Shown here: positions 16,879 to 25,515 of the stretch, in pieces
Position numbering within the stretch: the stretch's first letter is position 1
Layout of the letters: each line of letters opens with the position of its first letter
NCBI RefSeq assembly: GCF_055900595.2
Contig: NZ_CM148325.1
Reading direction: 5' to 3' (one strand)
Length of the DNA: 64,000 nucleotides
Position numbers and translations under genes: made by a program
Notes under the pieces: model-generated
Told to the model about the DNA's origin: nothing
Database searches by the model: none
The model's input: only the letters and a program-made list of their open reading frames with translations

Positions 16879-17661
16879 ATGCTGACACCGGCACAGGCTC
16901 ATTTCCAGCGCGTGATGGCTTTACGGGCAGGAACGGCAGCAGAAAACGAGGATATCGTGGCCCGCACGGCTCATGAGCAGGTCCTTCACCGTCTGCGCCT
17001 GGCACAGCAACGCATAAAGGGCGTCCAGGCAAAAGCGGCAAAGGCCGCGCTCAAGCGTGAAATGCTGCCGGGTTTTGCAGGCTGGATAGACGGCACGCTG
17101 GAAGCCGACGGCGGACAGCAGGATGAGGTGATAGCCACACTCATGGTGTGGGCCGTGGACTGTGGCGACCTGGCGCTTGCACTGCGCATCGGGGATTATG
17201 TGGTTCGCCACAACCTCACGATGCCTGACAACTTCGGGCGTACGGCAGCCACGGTACTGACCGAGGAAATCTGCAACCCTGTTCTGACACAGGCCGGAAC
17301 GGATGCACACGCCGATTTGTCCGGCTACATCGAACCGCTGGACACCCTCTGGCAAATTGTCGCGAACCGGGACATGCCCGATGAGGTCCGCGCCAAGCTG
17401 TGCAAGGCATGCGCCTTTGCCCGTCGTGGCCTGACCGATGCCGACAGCATGGCGGTGAGTCTGAAGCTGTTCCGTGAGGCAATGCACCTTAACCCGAATG
17501 CGGGGGTAAAACGTGAGATTGCCACGCTTTCACGGGCCCTGAAAAAGGCCGGACAGGATGAAGCCGCTGCCGCACAGGAGCCTGCGGCACAGAAAGATAC
17601 AACCAGAGAACAGACCACGACGCCGAAGGCGAAAGCGAAAGCGAAGGCGAAACGTGGTTAA
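16879..17661 (+). CDS. M: Terminase small (endonuclease) subunit, P2 gpM family
   Basis: 260 aa at the M position; lysine/alanine-rich C-terminal tail. Confidence 0.75.
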   Translation: MLTPAQAHFQRVMALRAGTAAENEDIVARTAHEQVLHRLRLAQQRIKGVQAKAAKAALKREMLPGFAGWIDGTLEADGGQQDEVIATLMVWAVDCGDLALALRIGDYVVRHNLTMPDNFGRTAATVLTEEICNPVLTQAGTDAHADLSGYIEPLDTLWQIVANRDMPDEVRAKLCKACAFARRGLTDADSMAVSLKLFREAMHLNPNAGVKREIATLSRALKKAGQDEAAAAQEPAAQKDTTREQTTTPKAKAKAKAKRG

Positions 17662-17763
17662 CGGCTGACCCCGTCAGAAGGCGGCGTGCCGGGCGTTCCG
17701 GTTACGGTTTTCCGTTCCCCTTACACCCGGCACCCACCGCTTTTTTTTCTGAAGGAGCGATTT

Positions 17764-18258
17764 ATGAGCATGGTCGCAAGACCGGAAGCCGCCCCTGCGC
17801 GGGACGACATCACCGACACCGACGACGGCGACGCCACCATCACCGCCGGGGCATTCTGGCCGGAGATTGTGCTGCGGGAGCTGCGCCTTGCAGTACGCCT
17901 GCCGGGCCGCATCACCTCCACACGTCTGGCGCACGTTGCCACGGGAGCCGTGGCTCACGTCACGCGGGAGCTGGAAGAGTGGCAGCAGGCGCAAATCGCC
18001 GCAGGATTCAGCACGCTGACAGACGTACCTGCCGCCACCATCAACGGTGAGAGCGTCAACGCCTGGCATTACCGGCACGCCGTCTACAGCGCCACCCGTG
18101 CCCTGATTCTGGAGCGCTGGCGGGATGTGGACACCACCGACAAGGGGGACCGCAGGGCTGACGCACTGGATGAGCAGGTGGAGGACCTGTGGCGCGACGT
18201 GCGCTGGGCGATTTCCGATATTCTCGGCTTTCCCCGTCTTTTTGTGGAGCTTGTGTGA
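17764..18258 (+). CDS. L: Head completion/stabilisation protein, P2 gpL family
   Basis: ATG 17764 with GGAG upstream; position after M. Confidence 0.7.
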   Translation: MSMVARPEAAPARDDITDTDDGDATITAGAFWPEIVLRELRLAVRLPGRITSTRLAHVATGAVAHVTRELEEWQQAQIAAGFSTLTDVPAATINGESVNAWHYRHAVYSATRALILERWRDVDTTDKGDRRADALDEQVEDLWRDVRWAISDILGFPRLFVELV

Positions 18259-18455
18259 TGAAAGTGAGGGCACTTCAGGGGGACACCGTGGATTTACTCT
18301 GTTTCCGGCACTACGGCACCACGCAGGGGGTGACCGCACAGGTACTTGATGCCAATCCCGGGCTCTGCCGCCAGGTAATTCTGGAAGCGGGACAGGAGGT
18401 GGAGATGCCGGAGCCGGAAAGGAAACAGCAACGCGAAAAGGTAAAGCTATGGTGA
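18258..18455 (+). CDS. X: Tail protein X, LysM-like (65 aa)
   Basis: ATG overlapping the L stop; small protein at the P2 X position. Confidence 0.65.
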   Translation: MKVRALQGDTVDLLCFRHYGTTQGVTAQVLDANPGLCRQVILEAGQEVEMPEPERKQQREKVKLW

Positions 18456-18739
18456 CGGGATTTTTTCAGCGCGTCAGTGACTGGATCACCTTCTGGGCGT
18501 CAGTGACGGCAACAACCATTGGTGTTATGACCATCAGCGAAAAAATTGCGCTGGCCGGGCTGCTTCTGGGGTCACTTTCCGCCATCCATGCCTGGCGCCA
18601 CCGCAGGCGTACGGAGCAGGCAATGAAGCGCCGCAATGACCTTATCGCCCGCATCCTGGCACGTTCAGAAAACCGCGAGCTTCACGACGGTGAGAGACGG
18701 GCACTGGACAGCGTGAGACAGGACGGAGAAGAGCGGTGA
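18449..18739 (+). CDS. Holin-like membrane protein (96 aa)
   Basis: Two hydrophobic segments; immediately upstream of the endolysin. Confidence 0.6.
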   Translation: MVTGFFQRVSDWITFWASVTATTIGVMTISEKIALAGLLLGSLSAIHAWRHRRRTEQAMKRRNDLIARILARSENRELHDGERRALDSVRQDGEER

Positions 18740-19281
18740 AGCTGCCGGTAAAACGTTATGCGGTGGCGGCCATTGTGGCGCTGGGCGTCTCCATGGCACC
18801 CGGTGAACTGAGAACCTCACGGGAAGCACAGATAAAAATCGCCACCCGGGAAGAGTGCCGGGCGACACCGTACCGTGATATTGCAGGAGTAATGACCGTG
18901 GGATGTGGTTCAACAGGGGGCGTGGAGAACCGGGTTTACGGAGAAAAGGAGGTGGCCCGCCGCTGGGTGAATGACCTGCGGCACGCGGAAAACTGTATCA
19001 ACCAGAACTTCAGCGGTGCCGCCATGCCCCAGTCCGCCTTTGAGGCGATGACCGACGCGGCGTTCAACGTCGGCTGTACCGGCCTGATGTGGTACCGGGA
19101 CAGGAGCGGCAACCGGCAGCGCACCACCATCTGGAAGCACGCACAGGCGCACCGCTGGGTGGCGATGTGCGGGAGACTGACCGATTTTGTCAACAGTGGC
19201 GGACGCCGCTCACAGGGGCTGGTTAACCGCCGGGAGGAGTTCAGACAGTGGTGTCTTCGCGACACGGGAGGCAGCACATGA
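18736..19281 (+). CDS. Endolysin with an N-terminal signal-anchor (SAR-type lysozyme)
   Basis: N-terminal TM (YAVAAIVALGVSMAPG) followed by a lysozyme-like motif (ECRATPYRDIAGVMTVGCGSTGG). Confidence 0.75.
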   Translation: MKLPVKRYAVAAIVALGVSMAPGELRTSREAQIKIATREECRATPYRDIAGVMTVGCGSTGGVENRVYGEKEVARRWVNDLRHAENCINQNFSGAAMPQSAFEAMTDAAFNVGCTGLMWYRDRSGNRQRTTIWKHAQAHRWVAMCGRLTDFVNSGGRRSQGLVNRREEFRQWCLRDTGGST

Positions 19282-19685
19282 GACCGGTTTACGCCGTGAT
19301 TGTTGCCCTCATGGTGACCGCCCTGACGGCAGTGGCCATGTGGCAGTCATACCGGCTGGGGCGTGCCGGTGAGGCACGTGACGCCGCAGAGCAGCAGCTG
19401 GGCGAATACAGCCGTGCGCTGCGTGAATCCTCCGCCGTTATCAGCGATGCCTCCGCCGTACTGCATGAGGTGATGACGCAGCGACAGCAAAGGGCACAGG
19501 AAGGAGAAGCCAGACGTGAACAGCTTCGCGAAATTACTGCGACGGATGAGTGCGCCCGCGCTCTTCCTGACCACCGTTTTACTGACCGGCTGCGCGAACA
19601 CACGGAACGCGCCACTGCCCGCGCCCTCCTTCCGGTTCATTCCGGCGGGACTGACGACGGGAACACGGCCCCCGCCCTTCCCTGA
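19278..19685 (+). CDS. i-spanin (Rz / LysB-like)
   Basis: ATG overlapping the endolysin stop; N-terminal TM plus a coiled-coil-like periplasmic region. Confidence 0.65.
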   Translation: MRPVYAVIVALMVTALTAVAMWQSYRLGRAGEARDAAEQQLGEYSRALRESSAVISDASAVLHEVMTQRQQRAQEGEARREQLREITATDECARALPDHRFTDRLREHTERATARALLPVHSGGTDDGNTAPALP

Positions 19686-19830
19686 ACACCCCACCTGGGG
19701 AAATATCGGGATATGGAGCGACAGCCTCCTGGATGCACTGGAAACCTGCAACGCAGACAAACAGGCCATTGAGGCGCTGGAGCGCCGGAGACTCAACCGA
19801 CAGAACGGAGGGGGACATGCTGAAAAGTAA
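19516..19830 (+). CDS. o-spanin lipoprotein (Rz1 / LysC-like), overlapping the i-spanin gene in another frame
   Basis: Lipobox LLTGC in the N-terminal region; proline-rich; overlaps the 3' end of the i-spanin gene. Confidence 0.6.
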   Translation: MNSFAKLLRRMSAPALFLTTVLLTGCANTRNAPLPAPSFRFIPAGLTTGTRPPPFPEHPTWGNIGIWSDSLLDALETCNADKQAIEALERRRLNRQNGGGHAEK

Positions 19831-20281
19831 ATCCCTGAGCACACACATGAGTACAGCGTGCCGGTGGTGCAGGGCCAACCCGGAAAAGTTCACCGTGTTC
19901 ATTGAACGTGGCGGGATAGAGACCACCGGCGAGACGCCGACGTTCGTGTACAACTACCGGCTCGTGATGTTCGTCATGGACTACACGGGCGACCTGGACG
20001 ACCTGACGCTGCCGCTGATTGTCTGGCTGGCAGAGAACCAGCCGCAGTTGCTGCTTAATCCTGAGCGCAACGGCGATATTCAGTTCACGGCGGCCATTAA
20101 CGACGACGACAGTGCGGACGTGCTTTTTGAGGTGCCGCTGCGCGAGCGCGTGCGCGTCACCCGCAGGGATGACGGCACCCTCACAACGGAACATCTGCCG
20201 GAGCCGAAATCGCGCATCCCGCAGGACGGCGACTGGTCGCACATTCTGGAGGATGTGACGTGGGAGGTGACCGGTGACTGA
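19817..20281 (+). CDS. R: Tail completion protein, P2 gpR family
   Basis: ATG 19817 with GGAGGGGG Shine-Dalgarno; position after the lysis cassette. Confidence 0.7.
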   Translation: MLKSKSLSTHMSTACRWCRANPEKFTVFIERGGIETTGETPTFVYNYRLVMFVMDYTGDLDDLTLPLIVWLAENQPQLLLNPERNGDIQFTAAINDDDSADVLFEVPLRERVRVTRRDDGTLTTEHLPEPKSRIPQDGDWSHILEDVTWEVTGD

Positions 20282-20915
20282 CAGGGCTTTCACTGAACTG
20301 GACCGCACAATGCGGACCATCAGTAGCGGACTTTCCCCGCAGGCACTGAGCCGGATTGCCGGGCAGCTTGCCAGAGAGCTTCGCCGCAGCCAGCAACAGC
20401 GCATGCGTGCACAGAAAGCGCCGGACGGTACACAGTGGGAGCCGCGCAGACGGCGCATCAGCCGCCTGCAGCAGCGTATCCGCTTCATCCGGAACAACGA
20501 AACCCGCACGCTGAAAAACTGGCATCACGACGTGAGCAGACACGGACGCACCATCACCGGCTGGGATGAGGATAAGGGAGGCCTGCGCACCTTCTACCGG
20601 GAGGATATCACCCGTTATATTGAAATCAGCACCCGCCGCATCAGCCGCAACGCCACAAAGACCGTACCGATGTTTGCGAAGCTGCGCACGGCACGCTACC
20701 TGAAAGCCAGAGGCGATGCGGGCGGTCTGACCGTCGGTTATGACGGCGTGGCGGCACGCATTGCCCGCGTTCACCAGTTCGGGGAGCGCGACCGGGTGGC
20801 CGCAGGGGTGTATACGGATTATCCGGCCCGTGAACTTCTTGGAATAACACCGGCAGATGAACGGCTGATTGCCGACAGGTTACTGAACCGCATTGCGGGA
20901 GAAATATCATCATGA
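20274..20915 (+). CDS. S: Virion morphogenesis / tail completion protein, P2 gpS family
   Basis: 213 aa at the position between R and V. Confidence 0.7.
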   Translation: MTDRAFTELDRTMRTISSGLSPQALSRIAGQLARELRRSQQQRMRAQKAPDGTQWEPRRRRISRLQQRIRFIRNNETRTLKNWHHDVSRHGRTITGWDEDKGGLRTFYREDITRYIEISTRRISRNATKTVPMFAKLRTARYLKARGDAGGLTVGYDGVAARIARVHQFGERDRVAAGVYTDYPARELLGITPADERLIADRLLNRIAGEISS

Positions 20916-21493
20916 ACGCGGAGCTTATGCGCCTTATCAGCAACATTATCAGAACCGGCGTGATTTTCGACGTGAACCCGCAGACCTGGGAGGTCCGGGT
21001 GCGCAGTGGCGGACTGGAGACAGGCTGGCTTCGCTGGAGCACCGCGCGGGCGGGCGCGTTCAGTGTCTGGGTGCCGCCAGCCACCGGTGAACAGGTGGCG
21101 TTCGTCTGTATCGGTGGTAATCCCGAAACCGCGATAATCATCGGCAGCCTCTGGAGCGATGATATCCCGGCACCGGGCAGCACACTGAAGGAAATCATCA
21201 TGACAGCACCGGACGGTGCGGTATTCCGCTACGATGCAGACGCCGGTGCACTGGAGGTTAAGGGGATTAAAACAGCCAGCATTCAGGCCGACACGCGCAT
21301 CACCCTGGACACGCCGGAGGTGGTGTGTACCCGCAAACTTATCACCGCCACCCTGGAGGTGCAGAACGGCGGCGAGATGCGCGGCAGCATATCCCACAGC
21401 GGCGGCAGCCTGACATCCAACGGTATCACCGTTCATACGCACACCCACGGTGGCGTCAGGACGGGCCCGGGCACCACGGGAGGCCCGCAATGA
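20912..21493 (+). CDS. V: Baseplate central spike, P2 gpV family
   Basis: 193 aa with a glycine-rich C-terminus (HTHTHGGVRTGPGTTGGP). Confidence 0.8.
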   Translation: MNAELMRLISNIIRTGVIFDVNPQTWEVRVRSGGLETGWLRWSTARAGAFSVWVPPATGEQVAFVCIGGNPETAIIIGSLWSDDIPAPGSTLKEIIMTAPDGAVFRYDADAGALEVKGIKTASIQADTRITLDTPEVVCTRKLITATLEVQNGGEMRGSISHSGGSLTSNGITVHTHTHGGVRTGPGTTGGPQ

Positions 21494-21840
21494 CCGCTGT
21501 TTACAGGGGGATGAACCCGCAGGGAACCGGCACGCTGAGCGACAGCGAACACCTGAAAAACAGCGTGCGGGATATCCTGACCACACCGCCAGGCAGCCGG
21601 GTGATGCGCCGCGAATACGGCAGCCTGTTACCGGACCTCATCGACGAGCCCATGAACGACACCACGCGTTTACAGTGCATGAGCGCCACGGTGACTGCGC
21701 TGGCGCGCCATGAACCCCGTATAGCACTGCAGAACGTCGATGTGAACTGGCGGGCTGGCGGACGCGCCGTGGTGACGTTATCCGGCATCATCACCGAAAC
21801 CATGCAGAACATCACATTCAGTATCACCATAAGGGAGTAA
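21490..21840 (+). CDS. W: Baseplate protein, P2 gpW family
   Basis: ATG 21490 overlapping the V stop; about 116 aa. Confidence 0.75.
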   Translation: MTAVYRGMNPQGTGTLSDSEHLKNSVRDILTTPPGSRVMRREYGSLLPDLIDEPMNDTTRLQCMSATVTALARHEPRIALQNVDVNWRAGGRAVVTLSGIITETMQNITFSITIRE

Positions 21841-21843
21841 ATC

Positions 21844-22740
21844 ATGCCTTCCGTTGACCTGTCACAGTTACCGGAACCGGCCATCATCGCGCAGCCGGAT
21901 TTTGAGTCCATCCTGGCAGACATTAAAACCATGATGGTGAGCTCCTTCCCGGAAGAATACCGCGCCGCCGTCACCCGTGCCCTTACTCTGGAATCCGAGC
22001 CATTGAACATCATTTCCCAGGCCATGGCCTTTCGTGAAATGCTGCTTCGCCAGCGCATCAATGAAGCCGCCCGCGCCTGCATGCTCAGCCACAGCCGGGG
22101 CAGTGACCTGGACAATCTGGCTGCCAACAACAACACCCGCCGCCTGGTCATTCATCCGGCCACTGATACCACGGAAGCAGTGATGGAAAGCGACACATCG
22201 CTGCGTCTGCGTGCCCAGTCAGCCTGGGACGGCCTGAGTGTGGCCGGACCGTCCGGCGCGTATGAGTATTTTGCCCGGAGCGCAAGCGGTCTTGTCCGTG
22301 ATGCGCGCGCCATCAGCCCGTCACCGGCCACAGTCACCGTCTCCATCCTGTCAGCAGACGGTGACGGCACCGCCGGTGAGGCGTTACTGAACACGGTGCG
22401 CACCGCCCTGAATGCCGAGAACGTGCGCCCGGTTGCCGACCGCCTGACTGTGCAGAGTGCTACCATCGTGAACTGGGAAATGGAAGCGAAGCTGTATTTT
22501 TATCCAGGGCCGGAGTCTGAACCCATGCTTGCGGCCGCTGACGCCGCTTTCCGTGCATGGCTGGCAGACCAGGGCCGTATCGGTCAGGATGTGGCCCTGT
22601 CAGCCATCACTGCAGCGCTGCATGTTCACGGTGTCCAGCGCGTTGAGGTCATAAAACCCACGCAGAACATCACCATCAGTGACACTCAGGCAGCCAGATG
22701 TACCACATTCAGCATCAGCGAAGGAGGACGCAATGAGTGA
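21844..22740 (+). CDS. J: Baseplate wedge protein, P2 gpJ family
   Basis: 298 aa following W. Confidence 0.8.
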   Translation: MPSVDLSQLPEPAIIAQPDFESILADIKTMMVSSFPEEYRAAVTRALTLESEPLNIISQAMAFREMLLRQRINEAARACMLSHSRGSDLDNLAANNNTRRLVIHPATDTTEAVMESDTSLRLRAQSAWDGLSVAGPSGAYEYFARSASGLVRDARAISPSPATVTVSILSADGDGTAGEALLNTVRTALNAENVRPVADRLTVQSATIVNWEMEAKLYFYPGPESEPMLAAADAAFRAWLADQGRIGQDVALSAITAALHVHGVQRVEVIKPTQNITISDTQAARCTTFSISEGGRNE

Positions 22741-23461
22741 CAGGAAAAAAACAGACAGCGCACAGCACAGTACATCACTGCTTCCACCGTCCGCAGGGCC
22801 ATTCATGCGCGCCACAGAGGCGACAGGAGTACGCATCAGTACCATACCGGTGGACGCCGACACCCTGTGGTCGCCGGACCGCTGCCCTGCTCACCTCCTG
22901 CCCTACCTTGCATGGGCATGTTCCGTTGACCGCTGGGACCGCAACTGGCCGGAAGAGACCAGACGACAGGTGATTGGCCAGTCCTGGAAGGTACACCGCC
23001 AGAAAGGAACGGTCAGCGCACTGAGGGAAACAGCCGCAGCATTCGGTTATGAGATGACCATCAGTGAATGGTGGGAGCATGGAGGGCAGCCGGGCACCTT
23101 TACTGTGACCATCGGGGCAGACACTCAGGGCATCGGCCCTGAAACATGGCTGGAGATGGAGGATCTGCTCAATGATGCACGTCCGGTTTCACGTCATATG
23201 ACGGGGCTTTATGCCGCCCTGCGTTCTGGCGTGACGGTTTACTGCGCTGCGGGAGCAGGCTGTGATGAGCTTGTAACCATTCACCAGAAAGCTCGCGCCT
23301 CCCTGGCGGGCCAGGTGACCATCATCGCAGCAGGAGACACACACACAACCGACAGTGTGACCGTACTGCCGGGGGTTCCGTCAGGTATGTACGGGGAGAT
23401 CTGTATCCGTACCGGCGCAGGTATATTCGTGAGTGAGATTGTGGAGGTTATCACCTTATGA
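22733..23461 (+). CDS. I: Baseplate protein, P2 gpI family
   Basis: ATG 22733 with AAGGAGG Shine-Dalgarno; overlaps the J stop. Confidence 0.75.
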   Translation: MSDRKKTDSAQHSTSLLPPSAGPFMRATEATGVRISTIPVDADTLWSPDRCPAHLLPYLAWACSVDRWDRNWPEETRRQVIGQSWKVHRQKGTVSALRETAAAFGYEMTISEWWEHGGQPGTFTVTIGADTQGIGPETWLEMEDLLNDARPVSRHMTGLYAALRSGVTVYCAAGAGCDELVTIHQKARASLAGQVTIIAAGDTHTTDSVTVLPGVPSGMYGEICIRTGAGIFVSEIVEVITL

Positions 23462-24573
23462 ACACCGATTTTTATTCCGTTCTGACGGATGCCGGGCTGA
23501 AAAAACTGGCGGCAGCCGCAGCATCAGGGAATCAGATGAAAATCACCCATATGGCTGTAGGCGACGGAAACGGAAAAGCCGTAACACCCGGCAGGGCCGA
23601 CACCAGGCTTGTCAGGGAAAAATACCGTGCGCCACTGAACAGTCTGGAAGAAGACACAGAGAGACCGGGGCATGTTATCGCAGAAATGGTGATACCTGAA
23701 AAACAGGGAGGGTGGTGGATCAGAGAATTCGGATTATTCGACGAAGACGGCGGAATGATTGTTACAGGCAAATTTCCTGACACATGGAAGCCTGCACCTG
23801 GTCAGGGTGGAGCACGACTGATATCAGTGAAAGTGGTTGTGGCAGTATCACATACAGAAAACATTGTGCTGAAAGTGGATCCTTCTGTTGTCATGGCAAC
23901 CCGGGAATGGGTGAACACAAAAGCAGAGCAGTTAAAGAAAGAGCTCAGACAACCTGATGCAACCACCAAAACAAAAGGCATTGTTCAGCTTAGCAGTGAC
24001 ATCAACAGCACCTCTGAAACGCAGGCTGCCACCCCCGGAGCGGTAAAAGCCGTGAATGATCGTGTGGACGGAAAACAGGACGCGGATCCCACGCTCACAT
24101 CTCTGTCCGGGAAAAATGCACAGCAACTGAGGCAGCTTCTGGGGCTGGGCACGCTTGCCACCCTGAACAGGGGCACCGGTTCAGGGAATGTGCCGGACAT
24201 GAGTCACTTTGCGAGTAAAAAAGCAGACTACGGTTACCAGTGTTTTCCTGGCGGCATAATGATCCAGTGGCTGCGGATCCCCTCAGACCACACAGAAAGA
24301 GCTGTCAGTCAGGAAGCCCGGGTGGCACTAAGCGGCGTGCGACTGTTTTCAGTGGAGGGTAACTGGAACGGTAATAACATGATTAAGACCCTGGCAAACT
24401 ACCAGTGGCCGAGAGTTTTCGGGGCAATTTATGCGACCGTTGCAACCAGGAATCACGGATCTGCATGGCGAGTATATCCGGTGTCCGCGAACAAGGATGT
24501 GCGTGTCGTATCCATTGCCTGGGCGGGAGAAGGTACAGATGACACTTATGTGGTTGGGGTGGGAAGAGTATGA
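23458..24573 (+). CDS. H: Tail fibre protein, gpH-like (371 aa)
   Basis: N-terminus typical of P2-family tail fibres (MNTDFYSVLTDAGLKKLAAA...); host-range-variable C-terminus. Confidence 0.8.
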   Translation: MNTDFYSVLTDAGLKKLAAAAASGNQMKITHMAVGDGNGKAVTPGRADTRLVREKYRAPLNSLEEDTERPGHVIAEMVIPEKQGGWWIREFGLFDEDGGMIVTGKFPDTWKPAPGQGGARLISVKVVVAVSHTENIVLKVDPSVVMATREWVNTKAEQLKKELRQPDATTKTKGIVQLSSDINSTSETQAATPGAVKAVNDRVDGKQDADPTLTSLSGKNAQQLRQLLGLGTLATLNRGTGSGNVPDMSHFASKKADYGYQCFPGGIMIQWLRIPSDHTERAVSQEARVALSGVRLFSVEGNWNGNNMIKTLANYQWPRVFGAIYATVATRNHGSAWRVYPVSANKDVRVVSIAWAGEGTDDTYVVGVGRV

Positions 24574-25016
24574 AAATGATGTGGTCGCCGTCTGTGGGCG
24601 GTTTTTTTGGTGAAGACAGCAGCCATATACCGGAAGATGCGGTGGAGGTTGATGAATCGATGTGGAGCAGGATGATGGAGGGACAACTTGAGGGAAAAAT
24701 TATCGTTAACGGCCCTGACGACCTGCCTGTTCTGGAAGAGCGTCCGGGACCGGGGCCAGAAGAATACCGGCATCAGGCTCGCCTTGAGCTTGCTGACCTT
24801 CGCCGACAGGGGCTGGAACACATAGAGTCGATGCGCTGGCGTGACAAAGCGGTCATGAACAGGCTGGGAGAAGAGGAGAAGCAGGAGTATAACGCCTGGC
24901 TTGACTGGCTCGACGCGCTTGACAGTACGGACATATCAGGGGCACCGGATGTGGTGTGGCCGGTGATGCCCGTCACGGTGGTTCCTGAACATCCTCAGAA
25001 AAAATTGCCGGAGTGA
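24570..25016 (+). CDS. G: Tail fibre assembly chaperone, gpG-like
   Basis: 148 aa; overlaps the H stop. Confidence 0.75.
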   Translation: MKMMWSPSVGGFFGEDSSHIPEDAVEVDESMWSRMMEGQLEGKIIVNGPDDLPVLEERPGPGPEEYRHQARLELADLRRQGLEHIESMRWRDKAVMNRLGEEEKQEYNAWLDWLDALDSTDISGAPDVVWPVMPVTVVPEHPQKKLPE

Positions 25017-25023
25017 ACAGCCT

Positions 25024-25049
25024 CCGGCCTGAGACTGCACTCAGGCCGG
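25024..25049. terminator. Strong hairpin between convergent G and U genes
   Basis: CCGGCCTGAG-ACTGCA-CTCAGGCCGG, a perfect 10-bp stem; no clear T-tract on either side. Confidence 0.45.
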
Positions 25050-25057
25050 AAATTCTG

Positions 25058-25504
25058 TTATCTGCCAGCATTGCGGATGATACCCGAAAGCATATCAGAC
25101 ACCGACGGCATCATTCGCTCCCGCAAATCCTCATCACAGCGTTCCATACTGACAGTGAACTCAATTTTTTTGGCCTTACCGTGGCGGTCAAGTTCGCTTC
25201 GCGTTGTGCGGACAGCCGTTATCACATACATGCCGTATATCTGCCCCACACCGTCAATCAGCGGCCATGGGCGGCCAGTGTAAGCCTGCGTCGTTAAAAG
25301 GCTGAGGGAAACCTCACCGCCGGTAATTTCGGGATAAAGCACACCGGACAACGTGATCTGGTCGTCACCCGCCCCGATATACTGCCAGCTGGCCGAACGA
25401 TTGATGCGTTCATTTTTAACGTGGCGCCAGGTTTTATTATGTTGCAGTTGTTGATGAGGCAGCGTGCGCAACTCAAAAACAAACATGCCGTAAATCATCA
25501 TCAT
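25058..25504 (-). CDS. U: Tail protein, P2 gpU family
   Basis: 148 aa, MMMIYGMFVFELRTLP...WQYIGAGDDQITLSGVLYPEITGG matches recalled gpU (MMM... start, LSGVLYPEITGG). Confidence 0.8.
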   Translation of the reverse strand: MMMIYGMFVFELRTLPHQQLQHNKTWRHVKNERINRSASWQYIGAGDDQITLSGVLYPEITGGEVSLSLLTTQAYTGRPWPLIDGVGQIYGMYVITAVRTTRSELDRHGKAKKIEFTVSMERCDEDLRERMMPSVSDMLSGIIRNAGR

Positions 25505-25515
25505 GCGAGGTACTC